Below, one piece after another: positions 41,169 through 48,074 of a DNA stretch of 64,000 nt. The position numbers and the translations under genes are program-made. Numbering within the stretch: position 1 is the first letter of the stretch; the number at the start of each line of letters is the position of its first letter. The notes below the pieces were generated by a model that saw only the letters and a program-made list of their open reading frames with translations, was not told the origin of the DNA and did no database searches. Origin of the DNA: Candidatus Hermodarchaeota archaeon (GTDB lineage Archaea > Asgardarchaeota > Hermodarchaeia > Hermodarchaeales > Hermodarchaeaceae). The stretch is from NCBI GenBank assembly GCA_016839365.1, contig JAEOUH010000047.1:14542-78541 (forward strand). The letters are read 5' to 3'.

Positions 41169-41858
41169 TTATCTCGTGAGTAACTTCGCACCTTTATCTT
41201 GACCGACATAGACAATATCGGCTTGAGTGGGAAAAAGGCCGTTTTCGATAACTCCAGGAATGGCATTCAGTTGGGAATCTAGTTGTTTTGGATCAGTGAT
41301 TTGCGGAAATGAGACGTCGATAATGAAGTTGCCGTTATCTGTGATTACTGGTCCAGCCTTTCGTTGGGCTTGCCGGAGCATCGGCGAGCCACCAAGACGT
41401 TGAATGCGATCTATAGAGAGAGCCAAAGCAGCGGGAAGCACTTCAACTGGAATGGGGACCGTCGTTCCTAGGATATCCACGAGTTTTGAACTATCAACAA
41501 TGATGATTAGTTGTTGCGCGGCCTCAGCCAAGATTTTTTCGCGGAGAAGGGCGGCGCCACCACCTTTGATCAGTGCAAGATTTGGATCCACCTCATCCGC
41601 TCCATCCACAGCACAAGCTAAACTGGTGACAGCACCCAATGGGACTGTGGTAATTCCTACATCATGTAATCGTAACTCAGTTGCATAGGAACTTGGCACA
41701 GCAGTGATGGTAATGTTTTCAGAGGCAATTTTTTCCACTAATAGGTCAATGAATATCTCAACCGTTGACCCTGTACCCACCCCCAAGCACATCCCATCAG
41801 AAACATGTGTTACCGCCGCTTCAGCAGCAAATCGTTTTTCTTCATCAACCGTCAACAT
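41169..41858 (-). CDS. rpiA: ribose-5-phosphate isomerase A
   Basis: 229 aa. GVGTGST, DGADEVD and KGGGAALLREK motifs. Confidence 0.9.
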   Translation of the reverse strand: MLTVDEEKRFAAEAAVTHVSDGMCLGVGTGSTVEIFIDLLVEKIASENITITAVPSSYATELRLHDVGITTVPLGAVTSLACAVDGADEVDPNLALIKGGGAALLREKILAEAAQQLIIIVDSSKLVDILGTTVPIPVEVLPAALALSIDRIQRLGGSPMLRQAQRKAGPVITDNGNFIIDVSFPQITDPKQLDSQLNAIPGVIENGLFPTQADIVYVGQDKGAKLLTR

Positions 41859-41960
41859 CAGCCACCTGTACGCTCAACTGGCACATAGCACTTCAACCAT
41901 TTGACCCTTAAAAATTCATCATCTCCCAACGAAATCCAGTTCGCACACCCAGGAAAAGAG

Positions 41961-42037
41961 TGGAGCCTCGGGCGGGATTTGAACCCGCGACCCTCGCCTT
42001 ACCAAGGCGATGCGCTACCACGCTATGCCACCGAGGC
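41961..42037 (-). tRNA. tRNA-Thr (anticodon GGT), no intron; CCA encoded
   Basis: Acceptor GCCTCGG/CCGAGGC, anticodon arm TCGCC-TTGGTAA-GGCGA, T-arm GCGGG-TTCAAAT-CCCGC. One D-stem mismatch. Confidence 0.85.
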
Positions 42038-42050
42038 TCAACAGGCTAAA

Positions 42051-42233
42051 TGGTGCCGAGGGCGGGCGTTTCGTGAAGCCCTACAGGCTTCAGTTCGATC
42101 CCGCGACCTCCAGATTTCTCCGGTGCGCCAGCAATCATCATATTTTGACCCTGGGGCAAAGCCCTATGAGTATCGCCCTGACATTTCAAGAATGTTCCAA
42201 GTCTGGCGCTCAACCAGGCTAAGCTACCTCGGC
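42051..42233 (-). tRNA. tRNA with anticodon TGG (Pro by anticodon; identity uncertain) with an 80-nt intron at 37/38 (42116..42195) and a 26-nt intron at 59/60 (42068..42093); CCA encoded
   Basis: Acceptor GCCGAGG/CCTCGGC, discriminator A, D-arm GCTT-AGCCTGGTT-GAGC, anticodon arm CCAGA-CTTGGA|..|A-TCTGG, T-stem GCGGG/CCCGC. The T-loop intron has a 7-bp hairpin, TGAAGCC/GGCTTCA. 77 + 106 = 183. Confidence 0.7.
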
Positions 42234-42403
42234 AGCACTAACCCACCGACCGTACCTTTTAAGCATTATTCTCAGGGCTTCCCCGATTCACAATTTTTCA
42301 CACCTATTCACTAACACGAAGCAATTTTAAGCACCAAAACAACTTTGACACGCCACCAACTGTGCGGGGCGTGTCCAAGGGTCACCGCCACAAAGACTAA
42401 GCC

Positions 42404-42514
42404 GCGGGGGTATCTCCCCCGATAGAGACCCCACAGCCAAGCTTGGTCAAAGGCGCAGGACTTAAGATCCTGTCTCGTAGGAGTTCCCGGGTTCGAAGCC
42501 CGGCCCCCGCACCA
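42404..42514 (+). tRNA. tRNA-Leu (anticodon TAA) with a 23-nt intron at position 8/9 (42412..42434); CCA encoded
   Basis: Acceptor GCGGGGG/CCCCCGC, discriminator A, D-arm GCC-AAGCTTGGTCAAA-GGC, anticodon arm CAGGA-CTTAAGA-TCCTG, long variable arm. Strict BHB: GGGG(GTA)TCTC...GAGA CCCC(ACA). Confidence 0.85.
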
Positions 42515-42615
42515 ATTTTCAAAAGATTTTTGTGCAATCTTGGAAGGTAGCGATTCGGAAAGCCACAAGCATCTTCCGAATCATTAATCAACAGTACTTG
42601 CACTAAATCAAATGA

Positions 42616-42690
42616 GCCTCCGTAGCATAGTGGTGGTGCTTTGGCCTTGTAAGCCAATGGTCCCGGGTTCAAATCCCGGCGGAGGCTCCA
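42616..42690 (+). tRNA. tRNA-Thr (anticodon TGT), no intron; CCA encoded
   Basis: Acceptor GCCTCCG/CGGAGGC, anticodon arm TTGGC-CTTGTAA-GCCAA, T-arm CCGGG-TTCAAAT-CCCGG. Confidence 0.9.
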
Positions 42691-42944
42691 TTTCAAATAA
42701 TGAGTTTTTAGATAATTTTGTAAAAAGCACCTTTAGAATGAAGTGTATCGAAATACATGGAATTTCATAGGGTTTAGACCAATGCGGTTGTTTATCGAAT
42801 AGAGCCACAATGATTTACTCAGGTTGAAGATAATGAAACTGGGTTTTATTATCTGCAGAGCCCTTGGTATAATTAAAATTAGATTACAGCAAGAAGTTTC
42901 TAGATAAGATTTATCAAGAACCCGTCTTTTCCTATACGCGCATC

Positions 42945-43080
42945 GGGCCGGTAGTCTAGTTATCCGGTTACAACTTGTGCTGGACTAGAGCGGTATGATG
43001 CGAGAAGGAAAACGGGTTCTGTTTTTCTCGCAAAGTTTGGGACCTCGTGGTCCCGAGTTCAAATCTCGGCCGGCCCACCA
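42945..43080 (+). tRNA. tRNA-Pro (anticodon TGG) with two introns: 29 nt in the D-loop (42962..42990) and 30 nt at 30/31 (43005..43034); CCA encoded
   Basis: Acceptor GGGCCGG/CCGGCCC, discriminator A. After excision the anticodon arm is CGAGG-TTTGGGA-CCTCG, the classic Pro loop. Both introns draw as strict BHBs: CTAG(TTA)TCCGGT...GCTGGA CTAG(AGC), and TGCG(AGA)AGGAAAAC...GTTTTTCT CGCA(AAG). Confidence 0.8.
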
Positions 43081-43108
43081 CTTTTCTGTGTCAATGATTT
43101 CACAACAC

Positions 43109-43116
43109 TTTTATAG
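43109..43116 (+). promoter_or_regulatory. TATA box for the 5S rRNA gene
   Basis: TTTTATAG centred about 24 nt upstream of the predicted 5S 5' end. Confidence 0.5.
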
Positions 43117-43135
43117 CGGGGGTGAATCCTGCTGG

Positions 43136-43255
43136 GTGGCGCGGTCATAGAAGCTGGGTCACACCCGGTCTCGTCAGATCCCGGAAGTTAAGCCGGTTTC
43201 GTCGCCCTGAGTACTGATATCCGAGAGGTGTCGGGAAAAGTGTGAACTGCGCCAC
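43136..43255 (+). rRNA. rrf: 5S ribosomal RNA (unlinked to 16S/23S)
   Basis: Helix I GTGGCGC/GCGCCAC. Conserved CCCGGTCTC...CCCGGAAGTTAAGCC...GAGTACTG core. Followed by a T-rich tract. Ends are accurate to about 3 nt. Confidence 0.9.
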
Positions 43256-43268
43256 TTCTTTTCCTTTC
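43256..43268 (+). terminator. oligo-T termination signal after 5S rRNA
   Basis: TTCTTTTCCTTTC immediately 3' of helix I. Confidence 0.4.
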
Positions 43269-43359
43269 AGTCCGTTAGGAGTGGAGGGTTGACTCTAAGC
43301 AAAGGTTTTTATTTTGCCTTGAATCCGTTCCGGCAATAGCCTGAACTCTGTGACAAGTT

Positions 43360-44460
43360 ATGTTGCAATTTGCTGATTTCAATTGGATTTTCCAGATCAT
43401 CTTTCTGGTCTTTTTCATGTTCATCTACCTTTATGGAACCAGGTTGCAAGGCTACATTTGGCAACGACAGGCAGAAGCGGGTCTTAAACAACTTGAAGTC
43501 TTAGCGACTCAGGGCAAGAATATCGCGGCGAAAGCCTTCAAGGATTTGAACGTCGATGAAAAGGAGCTCAAATCAACTATTGATGATTTCATGGAGTTTT
43601 TCATCATTGAGCCCGTCAATATTGACCCAGCGGGCGTATTGCAACGCTTGGAGCATGTTCTTGACGTGCGAACAACACGATATGAAGAGCACGTAGCTCG
43701 AGTTATTCCAAAAGCTACACCAGAACAACAAGCTAACGCTGAGGCGGTGCTCTCAGGAGCCATGGCCCTACACTACGTATATCGGGTTGTCCGTCATTTC
43801 TTTCTGTTGGGTAAAAAGACCAAGAGCATCTACTATACCATGCAGCTTCAGATGCAACTACCTATGATTATCCAGATGGCTAAGGCCTACTTTGAAGCGA
43901 CTCGAGCCTTTGCCGATGGCAAACCCATTGGTGATGGTATGGGTCCTCTTGCGGTTGCCCATTTTGCAAAAGAAATCAAGGCAGGAGATCCCGAAGAAAT
44001 TGCTCAGCACACGATTGCGTTTTCTGGCGAATTTGAAGGACGAACTCTATGGTTTGTCCGTGCTAAGGGATACGGAAGCCAGGTTGGTAAACCCGGTGAG
44101 GGCATAAAGAAAGTTGTTGAACGCAACAAAGGTAAAATTGCCCGTATCATCACTGTTGATGCTGGACTAAAACTTGAAGGGGAAGACACCGGACAAGTTA
44201 TTGAAGGCGTTGGTGCCGCAATTGGCGACCCGGGACCTGAGAAATTCAAGATGGAGGATTCTGGAGTCAGGTTCGAAATCCCCATCGATGCGATTGTCAT
44301 CAAAGAGTCATTAGAAGATGCGCTTGCACCGATGAAGAAATCTCTTGTTGACGCTGTTCCTAAAGTTGTTGAACGGATGAAAAACGCGGTTCGTTTGCGA
44401 ACAACGAAGGGTGATACCATCATCATCGCAGGCATTGGCAACACCATCGGCATTGGATAG
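43360..44460 (+). CDS. conserved archaeal membrane-anchored protein (possibly DUF1512 family)
   Basis: 366 aa. The N-terminal TM, overall size and composition fit my recollection of DUF1512. No motif certainty. Confidence 0.4.
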   Translation: MLQFADFNWIFQIIFLVFFMFIYLYGTRLQGYIWQRQAEAGLKQLEVLATQGKNIAAKAFKDLNVDEKELKSTIDDFMEFFIIEPVNIDPAGVLQRLEHVLDVRTTRYEEHVARVIPKATPEQQANAEAVLSGAMALHYVYRVVRHFFLLGKKTKSIYYTMQLQMQLPMIIQMAKAYFEATRAFADGKPIGDGMGPLAVAHFAKEIKAGDPEEIAQHTIAFSGEFEGRTLWFVRAKGYGSQVGKPGEGIKKVVERNKGKIARIITVDAGLKLEGEDTGQVIEGVGAAIGDPGPEKFKMEDSGVRFEIPIDAIVIKESLEDALAPMKKSLVDAVPKVVERMKNAVRLRTTKGDTIIIAGIGNTIGIG

Positions 44461-44489
44461 AATTACTCTCTGCAATCGAATTTTGGCTT

Positions 44490-45035
44490 GTGGTAAAGCT
44501 TTTTCAACAGAATACAAAAGCAAGACATGAGGATTGCGTCTTGTCTGAAGTGCCATATGAATGGGCCGCCATCGGTGGAACCTTCGATCGTCTACATAAG
44601 GGACACAAGACGCTGCTTCGTCGGGCCTTCGAGTTGGGCAAGAAGGTGCTTATTGGTTTAACCACTCAGGATATGGTCAAGCATAAGCCCGATTGGGAAA
44701 TAATCGCCAGTTATGACGAGCGCAAAGACGAATTAGAAAAATGGTTAGAAACCGAAGGTTATGGTGGACGTTATATTATTCGACCGCTTCACAATAAATA
44801 TGGGCCTGCAATCACGATGCTTGAGCTCGAATTGATTGTAGTCAGTGAAGAAACTTGTCCAGTTGCAAAAGAAATCAATGAAATACGTCACGATTCCCAG
44901 CTGCCCCTTCTACATATCGCCGTTCTTACCATGGTTAAAGCGGAAGACCAAATCTCAATTTCGTCCACACGTATCCGAGCTGGGCAGATTGATCGAGATG
45001 GGCGAATCATCTACCATGGTGTTCCAAGTCAATAG
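44490..45035 (+). CDS. coaD: archaeal phosphopantetheine adenylyltransferase (cytidylyltransferase-like)
   Basis: GGTFDRLHKGH nucleotidyltransferase motif. The true start is probably internal (TTG near 44541, preceded by GAGGAT). Confidence 0.75.
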   Translation: MVKLFQQNTKARHEDCVLSEVPYEWAAIGGTFDRLHKGHKTLLRRAFELGKKVLIGLTTQDMVKHKPDWEIIASYDERKDELEKWLETEGYGGRYIIRPLHNKYGPAITMLELELIVVSEETCPVAKEINEIRHDSQLPLLHIAVLTMVKAEDQISISSTRIRAGQIDRDGRIIYHGVPSQ

Positions 45036-45415
45036 TGGAAGCTTTTTTGAGTAACCGTTTACGTTTGTTTGTAAGCAATGAAAGGATAATAGCCACCAAC
45101 GAGGACGAATCCGAAGACTATGATCTGATGATGATTCGTGCAAATTTGTGGCAACACTGGAGCAGCGTTGAGGGTTATGCGGCATGTGACAGGCTCCTGC
45201 ATGATTTAAGACGTGTCGTCAAGAGGTGACTGTGGGGGCAACCCACGATGTCCACACTTCAACGCCGGGTCGCATAGGCTCACAATGCCCGACATATTAA
45301 GAGAGGACTCGTCGGAGGAATGAAGGCGCTCCGCCCACCGATGATGATGGGGCGTTAGTGTATCGGTCAGCAGAGCAGAAGCGACCCATCACTTCTCTAT
45401 ATTATCATCATTCAG

Positions 45416-46279
45416 GTGAAGAAAATAACCTATCGTCACCGCACACCCTTCTATCACTTTCTCAAAACCCAGCTAGGAGACCAGATACCTCCTAGGCTCC
45501 TACCTCGACGGCTTCGAATACTTGGCCATGTAGCAATTTTGTGGCTAAACCCACAAATTGAGCAATACAAGGAGTTGATTGGGGAAACCACGCTGGGATA
45601 TAGTACCAAAATTCGATCCGTCTTACGGCGAACGGCTGCAATTACTGGTCCCTATCGGAAACCTGCCGTGGAATTGATTGCGGGTTCACCTGAAACTGAG
45701 ACCGTCTTTCGAGAAAACAAGGTGATTTTCCATTTGGATCCAGTGAAAGTCATGTTCTCCGTTGGAAATAAGGCAGAACGGCTGCGCATGAGCAAACTGG
45801 GAACTGATGAGTTTGTCGTTGACATGTTTGCTGGGATAGGGCATCTATCTCTTCCCATGGCTGTGCATGCAAAACCTAAAGTCATTCATGCGATTGAGTG
45901 GAATCCTGATGCCTTCCATTTTCTTCAACAGAACATCCAATCAAACAATGTCTCCCACTTGTTTCAACCACATTTTGGAGATACCCGTCAACTCGCCCCG
46001 AGAATAGGTAAAGGTCAAGGAGATCGCGTCATCATGGGTTTAATTCAAGGCACTGATCAGTATCTCGAACAAGGAATACAATGCCTTCGTCCCGGGGGTA
46101 TGATGCACATTCATGAAATCGGTCCTAAAGAAGATATGGCAACACAACTGCTTTCACAATTGCACAAGATTGCATTGACGATGAACCGACAAGCGGATCT
46201 TGTTAGCACACGGATGATAAAGACCTATAATCCTAGATACAACCACTTCGTTCTTGATATCCAACTAAACAGTAGGTAA
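45416..46279 (+). CDS. Met-10+ family tRNA methyltransferase (Trm5 / Taw2-like)
   Basis: 287 aa, GTG start. SAM motif VDMFAGIGHLSLP and IEWNPDA. The size is closer to Taw2 than to full-length aTrm5. Confidence 0.75.
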   Translation: MKKITYRHRTPFYHFLKTQLGDQIPPRLLPRRLRILGHVAILWLNPQIEQYKELIGETTLGYSTKIRSVLRRTAAITGPYRKPAVELIAGSPETETVFRENKVIFHLDPVKVMFSVGNKAERLRMSKLGTDEFVVDMFAGIGHLSLPMAVHAKPKVIHAIEWNPDAFHFLQQNIQSNNVSHLFQPHFGDTRQLAPRIGKGQGDRVIMGLIQGTDQYLEQGIQCLRPGGMMHIHEIGPKEDMATQLLSQLHKIALTMNRQADLVSTRMIKTYNPRYNHFVLDIQLNSR

Positions 46280-46288
46280 CTCCAGGAT

Positions 46289-47455
46289 TTATCGGGTTAT
46301 TTGGTATTCCATGATTTCCTCATAGAGTTTCTTTGCTTCAGGATTATCTTCGAAGTATTTCCTAATCGGTTCAAGAAAATCGCACAGAGCCTTAGTTGTC
46401 GCGTCTTTCAAATCCAACGGGTGAATAGCCCCTGCAGCATACAGTGATTCGACTTCATCAGCGCTCGTAAGACTTAATGGCCCACCGAATTTCTCGGCTC
46501 GCTCTATGTGGAAAGTATAGCCATCTTGCATAAACAGGATATTTCGAACGTAACTGAGTATTGGGTTATTTTCGACTTCTCCTGCAGGACAGTAAGCATT
46601 TTTAATTTTCCTTCTGATTACCCGAGGTGGGTCATGTATAAAGATGGCATCGCCGGGTTTGGATTTCGACATCTTGATGTCTATAGACACCTCTGGCGCT
46701 GTGAACTCAGAGGAGACGTCCATCCGAGCGGTTCCAGTCAGCCCGGGAAGAAGGGGCATATGAATGCCTATAGGTTTCCACCCCAGTTTCATCTTATCGG
46801 CCACTTCACGGGCTAGCACATGTGCACGACGTTGATCCATACCAGAAAGACAGATTTCGTAATGTTGGTCGATGATATCCGTTACCTGTAAGAGCGGATA
46901 GATGAGCTTAGAGAAGTCAATAGCTGCTTCCTCCTCGGTTCGACCCATTATGTCAGTCGATCGGCGCACTCGAGCGAGAGTGAGATTTTTGGCCACCCGC
47001 AGAATTCTTTCCCAGTATTCGAGTCGACGCATTAAGTCTTCAGCGGTTACAATGTGCACTTTGGTAGTATCTACTTTCAATGCTACAAAGCAGTGACGCA
47101 GGTATTCAGCACAACGTCTGATTTTTTCAATACTACCTCCAAATTTGTCGTTTACTTGGGCATGCCAAGTAGCGAGAAGAATTTCCATGCGCACACCCAT
47201 ATCCACCAGTTCATTGAGCTTATGGACCCAACCGAGCCATCCCACATGAAATAATCCACTGGGTTCAACACCTATGTATCCTCGAGGTTTTTCTTGACGT
47301 GCAAAGGCAGCTATCAAGTCCTCTATGGTTAATACTTCTTGGGTATGCTGTGCAATCTTTTCTACGCTAGGTGGAAGAATGTTCACTAGTAATACACCAT
47401 TACCCTTCGGGCATATTCTGTGTGATATAAAAGTACACCGATACTTATGGTCCAT
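46289..47455 (-). CDS. tyrS: tyrosine--tRNA ligase
   Basis: Class I signature GVEPSGLFHVGW (HIGH-like), GMDQRRAHVLAREV, KMSKSKP. The N-terminus is about 40 aa longer than usual, so the start is uncertain. Confidence 0.75.
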   Translation of the reverse strand: MDHKYRCTFISHRICPKGNGVLLVNILPPSVEKIAQHTQEVLTIEDLIAAFARQEKPRGYIGVEPSGLFHVGWLGWVHKLNELVDMGVRMEILLATWHAQVNDKFGGSIEKIRRCAEYLRHCFVALKVDTTKVHIVTAEDLMRRLEYWERILRVAKNLTLARVRRSTDIMGRTEEEAAIDFSKLIYPLLQVTDIIDQHYEICLSGMDQRRAHVLAREVADKMKLGWKPIGIHMPLLPGLTGTARMDVSSEFTAPEVSIDIKMSKSKPGDAIFIHDPPRVIRRKIKNAYCPAGEVENNPILSYVRNILFMQDGYTFHIERAEKFGGPLSLTSADEVESLYAAGAIHPLDLKDATTKALCDFLEPIRKYFEDNPEAKKLYEEIMEYQITR

Positions 47456-47518
47456 TGCCAGTGATATATAAGAGCCAGTTAGGTCAATGACCCTGGTAGG
47501 TAGTTTTGGCGAATTATC

Positions 47519-47938
47519 ATGTGCCCCCTACGTGAAGCGACCCAAGCGAAGCAGGAGCGACTGGAAGAGCGTTTTGTAAAAGGTGTTCAGCTCTTGATTA
47601 ACCTCTCGGAAGACGGGGTAACAATAGTAGTAGAGGGGATTAAGGATATCACTGCACTACGGGGATTAGGACTGAGTGGACCTATTTACATGCTTGCGGG
47701 TCACAGTGTCGTTAGTTTAGCTGATGAATTGGCTAATATTCCTCGTTTACTCATCCTATTTGATTTTGATCGACGGGGAGGGCAATTGACAAGACGACTA
47801 ACTGATCAATTAGAAGGGCGAGGGGTCTCAATACTTCATCGAGAAAGGCACCAGTTAAGGCGAGCGTTTTGTTGGCGTGTGAGGGTAATTGAGGGACTGA
47901 AGGGAATTGAGAAAACTCCGAAAGGCACAAAATTTTAA
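47519..47938 (+). CDS. small Toprim-domain protein
   Basis: 139 aa. VVEGIKD (Toprim Glu) and FDFDRRGG (DxD) motifs. Confidence 0.65.
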   Translation: MCPLREATQAKQERLEERFVKGVQLLINLSEDGVTIVVEGIKDITALRGLGLSGPIYMLAGHSVVSLADELANIPRLLILFDFDRRGGQLTRRLTDQLEGRGVSILHRERHQLRRAFCWRVRVIEGLKGIEKTPKGTKF

Positions 47939-47964
47939 TGTGGCTCATTCGTGAGGCTAACTGT

Positions 47965-48068
47965 ATCACAATTACCAAATTACCTAATCATCATCACAAA
48001 TCACTTCAAAGTGGCGTTATCAATATCACACGCCCGCACTTACATATCACAAATCATTTCACAAGGTG
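47965..48068 (+). repeat. four ATCACA motifs, including two near-identical ~20-mers (47993..48013 and 48046..48068), in a G-depleted leader upstream of dnaG
   Basis: ATCACAAATCACTTCAAAGTG versus ATCACAAATCATTTCACAAGGTG. Additional ATCACA copies lie at 47965 and 48025. Bases 47961..48010 contain a single G. Confidence 0.6.
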
Positions 48069-48074
48069 ACGATT

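Noticed and set aside
42364-42403. GCGGGGC...GTCC AAGGG... segment upstream of tRNA-Leu resembling a second acceptor/D-arm 5' half (possible split or duplicated tRNA)
   Set aside because: The 7th base mismatches the 3' acceptor strand. The perfect acceptor GCGGGGG at 42404, together with a strict BHB intron, explains the gene fully.
41901-42808. Track ORFs 41901..42314(+), 42010..42222(+), 42311..42568(-), 42397..42696(-), 42608..42808(-)
   Set aside because: They run straight through five hand-folded tRNA genes and their introns. Their G/P/R-rich translations are what structured RNA genes produce when translated.
45035-45229. 64-aa plus-strand ORF after the PPAT gene
   Set aside because: No motif, no RBS, and odd composition. 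I cannot support it as a gene, although it is not excluded.
45341-45411. 8-bp inverted repeat ATGATGAT / ATCATCAT, 55 nt apart, just upstream of the Trm5/Taw2-like gene; also considered as a C/D box RNA
   Set aside because: No D box (CTGA) on the appropriate strand. A single 8-bp inverted repeat is expected by chance in 64 kb of sequence.
47965-48068. ATCACA direct repeats considered as a mini CRISPR array or a replication-origin ORB cluster
   Set aside because: The repeats are too short and irregularly spaced (21-32 nt). They show no spacer-like structure, no cas or cdc6/orc1 gene lies nearby, and they do not resemble the ORB consensus I remember.
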